Source of the DNA: Candidatus Parcubacteria bacterium
GTDB taxonomy: Bacteria; Patescibacteriota; Minisyncoccia; UBA6257; 2-01-FULL-56-20
Direction: 5' to 3'
DNA length: 51,644 nt
NCBI GenBank assembly: GCA_027450205.1
Contig: DAIDJL010000003.1
Coordinates: 1 to 51,644, forward strand
In this document: positions 28,962 to 38,336 of the stretch, one piece after another
Numbering within the stretch: the stretch's first letter is position 1
How the letters are laid out: every line of letters starts with the position of its first letter
The notes under the pieces: generated by a model
The model's input: the letters and a program-made list of their open reading frames with translations, nothing else
Database searches by the model: none
What the model was told of the DNA's origin: nothing
Made by a program: the position numbers and the translations under genes

Positions 28962-29534
28962 TTATAGCATTCCCATGAGATATACCGTTGTGAATATGAA
29001 TATCCAGACGATGTCCAGAAAATGCCAGAACAGGGCGAAGCGGGTGAGTTTTGAAGTGACGCCGGGCGTGAGACCGCGAAGCTTCAGCTGGACGATCGCG
29101 ACAATGATCCAAAGGAGCCCCACGGCGATGTGCAGCCCGTGCGTACCGACGAGCGTAAAGAACGATGAAAGGAACGCGCTCCTCTGCCAGCTCGCGCCGA
29201 TCGCGATGAATCGTGAGAATTCGCCGAGCTCCAGTGCAAGGAACGTCGCGCCAAGCGCAAAGGTGGCGATGAGCCATGCAATTGTCTGATTGACCTTCCC
29301 CTTTCGCGCCGCGAGCGTCATAAGCCCGCAGGTAAAGCTGGAGGTAAGCAGCACGAGCGTGTTCACAAGTGCCGTCGGCAGACTGAAAAGATCATTCGAT
29401 GTCGGACCGCCGAACGTGTTCGCCCGCAACACCATATATACCGCAAAGAGCACACCGAAGATGATAATGTCGGTCATCAGATAGACCCAGAATCCGAATG
29501 CGTGCGTATCGTTTTTTTCCATTATTTTTTCCAT
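28962..29534 (-). CDS. cyoC: Cytochrome o ubiquinol oxidase subunit III
   Basis: 190 aa; FGFWVYLMTDIIIF..., WHFLDIVWIFIFT. Confidence 0.9.
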   Translation of the reverse strand: MEKIMEKNDTHAFGFWVYLMTDIIIFGVLFAVYMVLRANTFGGPTSNDLFSLPTALVNTLVLLTSSFTCGLMTLAARKGKVNQTIAWLIATFALGATFLALELGEFSRFIAIGASWQRSAFLSSFFTLVGTHGLHIAVGLLWIIVAIVQLKLRGLTPGVTSKLTRFALFWHFLDIVWIFIFTTVYLMGML

Positions 29535-31525
29535 GCTAATTTTTCCAATCGCTCAACCTCGGCCGCCGGCAATACGTATTCGGTATCCTCATCGAACGAA
29601 CGGATGATCACGCACGCGATCGCGCCGAAAATCCCCAGTAACGCAAGCCAGATAATATGCCACACCAGCCCGAACGCGGCAAGGAACACGAACCCCGAAA
29701 GATAGATCGCCATGCCGGTGTTCTTTGAAAGAGTGATGTCATCATATCCGTCCGGCGGCAAAATCCCGGGGCGCTCGCCGCGCTTTTTCATTTCCCAGAA
29801 CGCATCGCGGCCATCCACCACCGGCGTCTTCGCAAAGTTATAGAACGGCACCGGCGACGCGGTCGCCCACTCAAGCGTATGCCCGTCCCACGGGTCACCC
29901 GTCGTATCCGTATTCTGCCGGCGATCCCTGATGCTTACGATGACCTGCCAGGCCTGGGTAATAACCGCGGCGGCGATGATGCACACGCCGGTCGCCGCAA
30001 TGATGAAGAACGGCTGCCAGCCGGTGGAGGCGGCGTAATGATCAAGCCGGCGCGTGGCGCCAAGGAATCCCAATATATACAGCGGCACGAACGACATGAA
30101 AAAACCGACGATCCAGAGCCAGAACGCGCGGCGGCCGATCTTTTCATTCAGCGTGAACCCGAACACTTTCGGGAACCAATACGTGATGCCCGCAAAGATG
30201 CCGAAAAGCGCGGCGCTCACGATCATCGTGTGGAAATGCGCGACGAGAAAGAGGCTGTTGTGCAATTCAAAATCCGCGCCCGGGATGGAAAGCAATACCC
30301 CCGCCATGCCGCCGAAGGTGAACAAGCTTACAAATCCCATAAAATACATCATCGGCGTCGTGAACCGTATCCGCCCGCGGAACATCGTGGCGATCCAGTT
30401 GAAGATCTGCGCCGCGGTGGGAATCGCGATAATCCCCGTCATGATGCCGAAAAACGCATCCACGTCCGCGCCGGCGCCCATCGTAAAGAAATGGTGCAGC
30501 CACACAAGGAACGAAAGCAGGGTGATTGCTATCGCTGAGCACACCATTGAAACGTAGCCGAATATTTTCTTGCCGGAAAAGGTTGCGACGATCTCGGAGA
30601 ATATGCCGAACGCGGGAATAACGAGGATATATACCTCAGGATGGCCCCACATCCAGATAAGGTTCACATATAACATCGGGTTGCCGCCAAAGCCGGAGGT
30701 AAAGAAATGCATGCCAAAGAACCGGTCGAACCACAGGAGCAAGGTCGTTATGGTAAGCACCGGAAACGATGCGACGACAAGCACCATGCTGCAGAGCGAC
30801 GTCCAGGTGAAAAGCGGCATCATCATGAGCTTCATCCCTTTTACGCGCATCTTGAGGATGGTCACGATAAAATTGATGCCGCCAAGCAAGCTACCCAGCC
30901 CGGAAATTTGCAGGCTCCACACCCAATAGTCCACGCCGGTGCCGGGGCTGAACTGGATCTCGGAAAGCGGCGGTAACGACAGCCAGCCGGATGCCGCGAA
31001 CTCGCCGCCGACCACGAAGAACATATTGATGAACACCGCGCCCGCCACATAGAGCCAGAACCCGAGCGAATTCAGGAACGGGAACGCGAGGTCGCGGGCG
31101 CCGATCTGCAGCGGCACGATCAGGTTCATGATGCCGAAGAAAAATCCCATAGTGACGAAGAAGACCATGATATCGCCGTGCGCGGTGAATATCTGCTGGA
31201 AATGGCTCGCATCAAGATAGCCGTGCGCGGCACCGAGGTAGCCCGGCGCATTACCGGCGGAGATTGCCTGCTGTATCCAGATCATGATTGCGTCCAGCCC
31301 CCCGCGAAACAGCATAAGCGAAGCCATCACGATGTACATGATCCCGATCTTCTTTGGGTCGGTTGACGTGAGCCACTCCTTCCAAAGCCATGTCCACCGC
31401 TTGAAATAAGTAATGACCGCCGCGACAATGATCCCGCCCACTATGATCGCACCCGTCCCGCCAATGGTGAACCATTGGTGAGGAAGGTCGCTCCATGTAA
31501 GATCTCCAAGAAAAAAGTGTTCCAT
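29522..31525 (-). CDS. cyoB: Cytochrome o ubiquinol oxidase subunit I (heme-copper oxidase)
   Basis: 667 aa; GHPEVYILVIPAFG, HHFFTMG, VAHFHTMIV. Confidence 0.95.
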   Translation of the reverse strand: MEHFFLGDLTWSDLPHQWFTIGGTGAIIVGGIIVAAVITYFKRWTWLWKEWLTSTDPKKIGIMYIVMASLMLFRGGLDAIMIWIQQAISAGNAPGYLGAAHGYLDASHFQQIFTAHGDIMVFFVTMGFFFGIMNLIVPLQIGARDLAFPFLNSLGFWLYVAGAVFINMFFVVGGEFAASGWLSLPPLSEIQFSPGTGVDYWVWSLQISGLGSLLGGINFIVTILKMRVKGMKLMMMPLFTWTSLCSMVLVVASFPVLTITTLLLWFDRFFGMHFFTSGFGGNPMLYVNLIWMWGHPEVYILVIPAFGIFSEIVATFSGKKIFGYVSMVCSAIAITLLSFLVWLHHFFTMGAGADVDAFFGIMTGIIAIPTAAQIFNWIATMFRGRIRFTTPMMYFMGFVSLFTFGGMAGVLLSIPGADFELHNSLFLVAHFHTMIVSAALFGIFAGITYWFPKVFGFTLNEKIGRRAFWLWIVGFFMSFVPLYILGFLGATRRLDHYAASTGWQPFFIIAATGVCIIAAAVITQAWQVIVSIRDRRQNTDTTGDPWDGHTLEWATASPVPFYNFAKTPVVDGRDAFWEMKKRGERPGILPPDGYDDITLSKNTGMAIYLSGFVFLAAFGLVWHIIWLALLGIFGAIACVIIRSFDEDTEYVLPAAEVERLEKLAWKK

Positions 31526-31529
31526 GGTT

Positions 31530-32351
31530 TTACATTTGCATTCCCGGAAAAGCCATCGGCGTGCCGGTCGGCGACGGCGCGTTGTATTTCGTTAAAATTG
31601 CCGTAAACAGATACGGATCAACGGACGAATAGAATGCCGGCGGATCATTTTCGCTCGGCGGCAGGAGGGTGTTTTTATATTCATCCACCGTCAACGTATT
31701 CGAGGAATCCTTTACGGACGCAACCCACGCGTTGAAATCGTTCTGCGAGGTCGACCTGGCAAGGAACGTCATGCCGGAATATCCCGCGCCGTTGATCTCC
31801 GTATCCTTGCCGACGTACGTTCCCGTCGCGCTCGCCATAAGGTCAAGCTGGGTCTCCATTGCCGCCATCGCGTATATCTGGCTGCCAAGCTGAGGGATCC
31901 AGAACGAGCTCATCGGCGCGTCCGCCGTCAGCACAAAATGGATCGGCGTCTGTTCCGGAAACTGGATGAAGTTCACTGTCGCGATCCCCTGCGCCGGATA
32001 GATAAAGAGCCATTTCCATTCAAGCGCCACGACCTCGATCGTAAGCGGCGGCCTGCCGGAAACGATCGGTTTGTACGGATCAAGCGCGTGCGTACTTTGC
32101 CAGTTGATGACCGCGATCACCGCGATGATGGCCGCCGGGATTGCCCACCATGTGAGCTGTTTCAACGCATTGCCGACATGCTGCGGGTCATATGCCGCCT
32201 TTTTATTGCCCGCCCGATACTTCCACGCGAACGTGTAGAGTAGGATCAGCATCGGGATCGCGATCAAAAGCATGAGCGACACGGCGATGATAATGAGATC
32301 TCGCTCCTGTAATGCTATCGGACCCTGCGGGTCAAATACGCCGCCTGACAT
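31530..32351 (-). CDS. cyoA: Cytochrome o ubiquinol oxidase subunit II (quinol-oxidase type, no CuA ligands evident)
   Basis: 273 aa; FWIPQLGSQIYAMAAMETQL...GAGYSGMTF resembles CyoA/QoxA. It begins directly at the region that follows the lipobox in E. coli CyoA. Confidence 0.85.
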   Translation of the reverse strand: MSGGVFDPQGPIALQERDLIIIAVSLMLLIAIPMLILLYTFAWKYRAGNKKAAYDPQHVGNALKQLTWWAIPAAIIAVIAVINWQSTHALDPYKPIVSGRPPLTIEVVALEWKWLFIYPAQGIATVNFIQFPEQTPIHFVLTADAPMSSFWIPQLGSQIYAMAAMETQLDLMASATGTYVGKDTEINGAGYSGMTFLARSTSQNDFNAWVASVKDSSNTLTVDEYKNTLLPPSENDPPAFYSSVDPYLFTAILTKYNAPSPTGTPMAFPGMQM

Positions 32352-32432
32352 TTTTTAATTGTACCATGCCGCGGCGGGCCCCACGGGCTCAGCGGATTTG
32401 GTGTATACTGGAAAAACATCTCCATTTCTTGC

Positions 32433-33098
32433 ATGAAAATCCTCGTGGTCGAAGACCAGGAAGCGATTGCCGCGACCCTGAAGCGAAAGCTTGAGGCGGA
32501 GTGCTACGCGGTGGACGTGGAGCACGACGGCGAACGCGGGTTCTATAAAGCCCGTACGAACGATTATGACCTCATCCTTCTTGATAAAGGCCTGCCGGGA
32601 AAAGACGGCTATGCGATCTGCTCAGAACTGCGGAACTATAAAATAACCACGCCGATCATGATATTGAGCGTCGCGGCGGGGACAGAAGACAAGGTCAGCC
32701 TCCTGGATTGCGGCGCGGACGATTATCTTGCCAAACCATATGCATTCAGCGAGCTGGCCGCACGCGTGAAAGCGCTGCTCCGGCGCCCCGGGCAGATCGA
32801 GGCAAAAACGCTCGCCATTGACGGCTTTTCGCTGGACCGTGAAACATACTCGTTCACTTTCCGCGGGACAACGGCACCCCTCACACCCAAGGAATTCATG
32901 CTCTTGGAATATCTCATGAAGAATGCGGGAAAAGTGGTCTCCCGCGGGATGCTTCTGGGACACGTCTGGGATGACGGCGTCGACCAGTTTTCAAAAAGCA
33001 TCGACATGCATATCATGAATCTCCGCAAAAAGATCGATCCGCAAAATAAGGATGTATTTATCCGCACGGTTCCCGGACACGGCTTCATTGTGGGATGA
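32433..33098 (+). CDS. OmpR-family response regulator
   Basis: 221 aa: receiver domain (ILVVEDQ...DLILLD) plus a winged-helix C-terminus (LTPKEFMLLEYL...RTVPGHGF). Confidence 0.9.
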   Translation: MKILVVEDQEAIAATLKRKLEAECYAVDVEHDGERGFYKARTNDYDLILLDKGLPGKDGYAICSELRNYKITTPIMILSVAAGTEDKVSLLDCGADDYLAKPYAFSELAARVKALLRRPGQIEAKTLAIDGFSLDRETYSFTFRGTTAPLTPKEFMLLEYLMKNAGKVVSRGMLLGHVWDDGVDQFSKSIDMHIMNLRKKIDPQNKDVFIRTVPGHGFIVG

Positions 33099-34501
33099 AT
33101 AAATCGCTCGAGAAGACGCCCGCGGAACCATCGGCACAGAACCCCTTGAGACCCGAGACCGACGTCATGGATGAAGATCCACTGAAAAAAAAGTGTGTTT
33201 TAAGCATCCTCCTCATCGGATCGGTGGTCATGCTGGCAATCCTTGACGCATCTGTCCTCTTCCACTCTCTGCGGAACAGAACACCCTACCCGGACATACC
33301 GTTCATAGTGTTCTCGGTATTGCCGGCACTCTTCATTTTTCTCTATATATTGTCACGGCGGGGATTTTCAACTCTTGCATCCTATCTTTTGGTAACGGTA
33401 TATTTTGCAAGCGACAGCTATGTCGCATATCGGTGGGGTGTCGGGGTGCAGGTGATATTGATCGTATATGCGATCATCGCCGTTATGGCCACCGTCCTCC
33501 GCGGGACGAGGTTCGGATTTTTCGTCACAAGCGTCATCGCCGCGTTCATCATGCCGCTTTGGTACGCCCAGATCCGCGGCATCATCGCCACACAGGCACA
33601 ACATCCGACCGGCGACGATGCCATAGTGTTCTCCCTGTTGTACCTCGTCATCATGATCGTGGCATGGCTTTACGATCGCGAAATCCAACGATTGCTGCAC
33701 CGGACGCGCGATTCCGAACGGGCGCTCAAGGAAGAACGTGATTTATTGGAAGCAAAGATCATTGAACGGACGGATGAACTGCGACGGACCCAGCTGGAGA
33801 AAGTGCAACAGCTGAACCGGCTGGCCGAACTCGGCCAGCTTTCGTCGGGGCTGTTCCATGATCTCCTCAACCTTCTTAATGCGCTCACGCTCCGCGCCGA
33901 TAACGATACCGATCCCGCGCTTACGGACGCATTCAATACCACAAAACAGATCGGGGAATTCATGCAGGCGGTGCGGATACAGATCGGGGGAGGCGGTGCC
34001 CCGGAATCGTTTTCCCTCATACAAGGCGTCAGCCACGTCATTCAGCTCGTCAACTATCAGGCGAATAAGGAAAATATCTGCATCACTTTCCGCCCGGACC
34101 CGCGGATAGAGATCACGTACTTCGGCGCGCCTTTCAAATTTCAGGAGATCGTCATCAACCTGCTCCTCAATGCCATTGAATCGTATGAAGGCGTCCCCCG
34201 TAATGACGGGCGCGCGAGGACCATCAAGATCACGATCAAAGAACAGGGCGGTATGGCATGCCTCCGGGTTCGGGACAACGGAAGCGGTATGGCACCGGAC
34301 ATCCGCGCACGGATATTTGAACCGTTCTTTACCACAAAAAGCGCAACGAAAGGGATCGGCATCGGTCTTGCGACCATAAAGAAAATCATAGAAAAAGACC
34401 TTTCCGGGACGATCTCGGTAGAGAGCGGACCGGGATCCGGCTCGACATTCACCGTCACCTTCCCCATAAAACACGAAGCGCCATCTGGCGCACCGGCATA
34501 A
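33095..34501 (+). CDS. Membrane sensor histidine kinase
   Basis: 468 aa with about 5 TM. H-box LSSGLFHDLLNLLN, N-box LLLNAIES, G-boxes RDNGSGM and GIGIGL. The start overlaps the regulator stop by 4 nt. Confidence 0.85.
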   Translation: MNKSLEKTPAEPSAQNPLRPETDVMDEDPLKKKCVLSILLIGSVVMLAILDASVLFHSLRNRTPYPDIPFIVFSVLPALFIFLYILSRRGFSTLASYLLVTVYFASDSYVAYRWGVGVQVILIVYAIIAVMATVLRGTRFGFFVTSVIAAFIMPLWYAQIRGIIATQAQHPTGDDAIVFSLLYLVIMIVAWLYDREIQRLLHRTRDSERALKEERDLLEAKIIERTDELRRTQLEKVQQLNRLAELGQLSSGLFHDLLNLLNALTLRADNDTDPALTDAFNTTKQIGEFMQAVRIQIGGGGAPESFSLIQGVSHVIQLVNYQANKENICITFRPDPRIEITYFGAPFKFQEIVINLLLNAIESYEGVPRNDGRARTIKITIKEQGGMACLRVRDNGSGMAPDIRARIFEPFFTTKSATKGIGIGLATIKKIIEKDLSGTISVESGPGSGSTFTVTFPIKHEAPSGAPA

Positions 34502-34554
34502 AATCGGCTAATCTACAGGTAGTCATTTCAAATGACGGAAAGGTGGGATGGGAA

Positions 34555-34866
34555 ATGATGGTTGAAAGCTGCGAAGAAAAAGCGTTGCGGTTCAACTCGG
34601 CGGAAGAGCTGCGCTGCGAAATGAAAGCGGTGCTCGCACAGCTCGAGAAAGCGTACCGCGGCAAAAAACCCGGCAAGGAAGGCGCCCCGGAATGGGCGGA
34701 TCGCATGGATAAAACGATCGACAAGGCGCTCTGCCTGCTCAAACTCCAGAAACAATATCCCGAACTGAAAACGGCCTTCGCGGAACTTGACGCATCAGCC
34801 CAACGAGCCGACGAAGCATTGTGTCATTACGGGACGAACATGAAACTTCCTAAATACGTCATTTGA
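34555..34866 (+). CDS. Hypothetical helical protein (103 aa)
   Basis: AAGGTGG RBS 8 nt before ATGATG. Located between the kinase and the GGDEF gene. Confidence 0.5.
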   Translation: MMVESCEEKALRFNSAEELRCEMKAVLAQLEKAYRGKKPGKEGAPEWADRMDKTIDKALCLLKLQKQYPELKTAFAELDASAQRADEALCHYGTNMKLPKYVI

Positions 34867-34974
34867 TTGGATGCCTCGCACACCTATTGGCGCCTGACGA
34901 ACATCGGACAGGCGCTATTATTTTGGGGATATTCGGCCTATAATTTTATAAATCCCTTCATTACAATTACCGTT

Positions 34975-35679
34975 ATGGAAAATCAGGAGCGGCCATTGAC
35001 GCCCGAACAGGAGCTTCTCGTCCTGAGACAGGAGATTCAGGAGTTGCGGGAGGAAAAACTCCAATGGCTAAAAGAAAAGGAGGAACTGATCAGGGAACGG
35101 GACCTGGAAAGAAAAAACAGCAACACCGATCCGCTGACGGGCATTGATAACCGGCGCAGTTTGGAAAATATGGCAAAAAAACTTCTCCCCCGCGACAGGG
35201 CGGAGGGAAGCGCCGAGCTGGAACTTGCAAAAGAACAGGGTCATTATGTCGTCGGATTTTTTGATCTTGATAATTTCAAAACGCTCAACACCGAGCACGG
35301 GCATATTAAAGCGGACGAAGTCCTTAAGACTGCTGCCGAAGTTTTGAAAGGGTTTGTGCGTGAAAGCGATGTTGTCGCCCGGTACGGCGGCGAAGAATTC
35401 GTGGTCATCTTTACCAACGCCAACGGGAACGATATCAAAGCAAGGCTTTTTGACGAGGCAACAGGCCGCTGGAAGGTCAGCTTCACCACGGAGATCGACG
35501 GAACGGAGATCCATTCAAGTTTCAGCGGCGGGATGACCGATGTCCGGGAAGGCGAAACTGCCAAGGATTTTAAAGCTATTTTAGAACGGGCCAATCAGGC
35601 CATGCGCGACGCCAAGGCAGGCGGCAAAAATCAGGTCAGGCAGTTCGAGGCGGGCTCATCGGACCCATCCCCCTCCTGA
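34975..35679 (+). CDS. Diguanylate cyclase (coiled coil + GGDEF domain, GGEEF active site, RxxD I-site)
   Basis: DPLTGIDNRR, FFDLDNFKTLN, RESDVVARYGGEEF. The track start at 34867 is TTG. A TATAAT at 34941 lies inside that extension, so the ATG at 34975 is preferred. Confidence 0.85.
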   Translation: MENQERPLTPEQELLVLRQEIQELREEKLQWLKEKEELIRERDLERKNSNTDPLTGIDNRRSLENMAKKLLPRDRAEGSAELELAKEQGHYVVGFFDLDNFKTLNTEHGHIKADEVLKTAAEVLKGFVRESDVVARYGGEEFVVIFTNANGNDIKARLFDEATGRWKVSFTTEIDGTEIHSSFSGGMTDVREGETAKDFKAILERANQAMRDAKAGGKNQVRQFEAGSSDPSPS

Positions 35680-35721
35680 CCGACGCCAGCGCCGTAAACA
35701 CTTTCCCGCCTTTTTGCGCCG

Positions 35722-36909
35722 CTATAATGAATTCCAGATCGCCGGATCCATTTGCCCATCGGCTTTAAAGAATGCCACACCGCGCAGGCCGTATTTTTTT
35801 GCGAGCGCAACCTTCTGCAGCTCGGACGTCGCATCGGGGAACGAAACAAAGAACGTGGTCGTCGCATTCGGATTCGGATGCATCAGCACCGCGGGTTCAG
35901 TAGACGAAACGTATGAAGTGAGAATGGGCGGCTCCTGGATATACGTGGTCGAGGCAAAAGTGAAACTGAGCTCCCCGGCATTGTTGCGCACGGGCTCGAT
36001 GCCGAGAGAATCCGCGCGATCCATCGCACCGAAGAAATCGAACGCACGCACGCGCTGGTAGGTCGTCACATTGTTCGCCCACGAGACCTCGTATTCGTAG
36101 CCATAGGTCGGGATGCCAAGCATGATCTTTTTGGGATTGATATATTGCAATGCGTACCGGATAAGCTTCGTTACCCAATCCGGATCCGCCACTGGCGCAT
36201 AAAGCGTACCGTTGCCTTTGGTTGCATTGAGCTTGATGTCCACCGTCTCCTGGTCATACGCCATCAGACGCACCTCATCGCAATACCGGTTGAGCAATGG
36301 ATAGTTTTCCGGATAAACAACGTTCGCCGGCGGGTTCACATACAACGAGTCAAGCGGCGTGCGAGGCACGACGGTGCAGGTAAGCATCTTTCCGGCCGGG
36401 TGCAAGCGCATTGCCAGTCCCTCTATGAACAATGAATAGTACGGCCGCGTGGCGGGATACATCCCCTCAAAGTCAATATCAATGCCGTCGAAATTATTGT
36501 TCTTTACGAGCGCCGCGATCTTATCCTCCTCCGCCTGGCGCGCTTTAGTGTTTGAAAGAAGCTTCATAATGCCGTCCGCATTGAACCACGCGATCGTGGG
36601 AATGATCTTATTGCCGTTGGAACGTACCGCCGAAAACCAGTTATCCCACGCGCCGCTGCCGATCTTGAGGTCATCCAATATCGCCCCGCCGGCGCCGATC
36701 TCATACGAAAACGGGCTGATCTCATTCAGGGAATTCAAATTGAGCGCAACCTCCTGCTCCCCCGCTTGCGTGGTCCAAAAGGGCAGCCATGCGGCATAAA
36801 CGAGCGGTTTCGCCGTCGTCGCGGCGCGTGCGGCGGCCGTAAACATAAACAAGGAAACCGCGCCCAGAACAAGCACGGCCGCACCTGCTTTAATGAAATT
36901 TTTTGCCAT
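35722..36909 (-). CDS. Secreted glycoside hydrolase family 18 (chitinase/lysozyme-like)
   Basis: 395 aa; signal peptide; catalytic FDGIDIDFE (DxxDxDxE) motif. Confidence 0.85.
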   Translation of the reverse strand: MAKNFIKAGAAVLVLGAVSLFMFTAAARAATTAKPLVYAAWLPFWTTQAGEQEVALNLNSLNEISPFSYEIGAGGAILDDLKIGSGAWDNWFSAVRSNGNKIIPTIAWFNADGIMKLLSNTKARQAEEDKIAALVKNNNFDGIDIDFEGMYPATRPYYSLFIEGLAMRLHPAGKMLTCTVVPRTPLDSLYVNPPANVVYPENYPLLNRYCDEVRLMAYDQETVDIKLNATKGNGTLYAPVADPDWVTKLIRYALQYINPKKIMLGIPTYGYEYEVSWANNVTTYQRVRAFDFFGAMDRADSLGIEPVRNNAGELSFTFASTTYIQEPPILTSYVSSTEPAVLMHPNPNATTTFFVSFPDATSELQKVALAKKYGLRGVAFFKADGQMDPAIWNSL

Positions 36910-36911
36910 GG

Positions 36912-37784
36912 TTATTTTTTAATACAAATATAATTTCCTTTTGTAACGATAAAACCCTCTTTTTCCAGCCCGGCAGCGATCTTTTCCAATCTTTTCCGTG
37001 GAACGGCAAATGTTATCAAAAGATCACTAAACGTTGCCCTGCGGCCTTTTTGCGAGAGCACCGTACGCAACATTCGTCCGCGTAACTGACGATCGGACCC
37101 GGTGAATGCAGCCTGTTTCGTGTAATGAGCACTGCGGCGATTGGGATTCGCCTCCTTCTTTGCTGCCGCACCCATGACAGGCAGCGCCGCTCCATAATCC
37201 ATAAGCGCCCAATACCATTCTCTCGCATTTTTGCGATCAACGCTACTCCCGATATAACGTTCCAATTCGGCATCCGTTACCCGGCGCCGCTTCGCAAAGA
37301 AAAAATGAATGAAAACGCGGCGAATGTTCGTCTCAATGAACACCTCCGGCACATTGAATGCAAATGCCATGATCGATCCCGATGTCCCCTTCCCGATGCC
37401 GGGCAACGACTCAAGCGCCGCCCGATCACACGGCAGTCGGCCGCCATATTTTTCCATGATGGTCTCCGCCGCGCGCTTCAGGAACAACGCGCGCCGGTTA
37501 TAACCGAGACCCTGCCACGCCGCAAGCACATCGCCCGTCCGAGCATGCGCGAGGGAGCGGAAGTCCGGGAACCTTTTGATGAACTTTTCATAATAGCCAC
37601 CGACGCGCGAAACCTGCGTCTGCTGAAGCATGATCTCGGAAACGAATATGGCGTAGGGGTCGCGCGTGCGCCGCCACGGGAGCGTCTTCCGCCCCGCACG
37701 GCGGTAATGCGTCCAGATGGTCCTTTTGAAAGCGGTGGCTGGCGTGATCCGGGACATTAAATTCATATTAACCGCGATTTGCAC
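36912..37784 (-). CDS. HhH-GPD DNA glycosylase, MutY-like but lacking the 4Fe-4S cluster loop; winged-helix-like C-terminus
   Basis: 290 aa; WRRTRDPYAIFVSEIMLQQTQV, LPGIGKGTSGSIMAFAF. The whole protein has only 2 Cys. The tail is a wHTH-like GFIVTKG rather than a NUDIX-like domain. Confidence 0.75.
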   Translation of the reverse strand: MQIAVNMNLMSRITPATAFKRTIWTHYRRAGRKTLPWRRTRDPYAIFVSEIMLQQTQVSRVGGYYEKFIKRFPDFRSLAHARTGDVLAAWQGLGYNRRALFLKRAAETIMEKYGGRLPCDRAALESLPGIGKGTSGSIMAFAFNVPEVFIETNIRRVFIHFFFAKRRRVTDAELERYIGSSVDRKNAREWYWALMDYGAALPVMGAAAKKEANPNRRSAHYTKQAAFTGSDRQLRGRMLRTVLSQKGRRATFSDLLITFAVPRKRLEKIAAGLEKEGFIVTKGNYICIKK

Positions 37785-37808
37785 TTTCTGAAAAGGTTAT
37801 GGTATAAT
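37779..37808 (+). promoter_or_regulatory. Sigma70-like promoter TTGCAC-N18-(TG)GTATAAT for the RRM gene
   Basis: Read directly. It gives a 5' UTR of about 115 nt containing a tandem 9-mer atgttgggc (37859..37867 and 37871..37879). Confidence 0.5.
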
Positions 37809-37930
37809 GATTGCGATGTAAGTGTTCTTAGTAAGTTTCCCTTAGCCGCACTATCATGATGTTGGGCATAATGTTGGGCGGTGCAGAAGCAGAGGAGAAG
37901 CAGGTCGCCTTACACATCAATAGCAATTGA

Positions 37931-38239
37931 ATGGCTACAAAATTATACGTTGGAGGTTTACCGTACTCGACGACCCAGGATGAGCTCCAGACAGCGTTCG
38001 CCAAGGCGGGCGCAGTTGTGTCCACGAGCATCATCATGGACAAGATGACCGGCCGCTCACGCGGATTCGGCTTCGTTGAAATGGGTTCCGATGACGATGC
38101 GCAGAAAGCGATCGAAATGTGGAACGGCCAAGATTTCGATGGGCGCAAGCTCACCGTGAACGAGGCCAAGCCTCTCGAGGCTCGCCCTCCGCGCCGCGAA
38201 GGCAACTTCGGTGGTGGCGGTGGACGCGACTGGCAGTAA
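37931..38239 (+). CDS. RRM-type RNA-binding protein with Gly-rich tail
   Basis: 102 aa; RNP-2 LYVGGL, RNP-1 RGFGFVEM, C-terminal GGGGG. Confidence 0.9.
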   Translation: MATKLYVGGLPYSTTQDELQTAFAKAGAVVSTSIIMDKMTGRSRGFGFVEMGSDDDAQKAIEMWNGQDFDGRKLTVNEAKPLEARPPRREGNFGGGGGRDWQ

Positions 38240-38262
38240 ATCGTCGGTTCATTAACCTCAAA

Positions 38263-38286
38263 ATACCCCTTTCGGGGTATTTTTGT
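38263..38286 (+). terminator. Rho-independent terminator after the RRM gene
   Basis: atacccc-tttc-ggggtat hairpin followed by ttttgttt. Confidence 0.75.
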
Positions 38287-38336
38287 TTGAACTATTTTTT
38301 TGAGATAAGGGTCAGAATAAGCTGAGCCTTATATAA

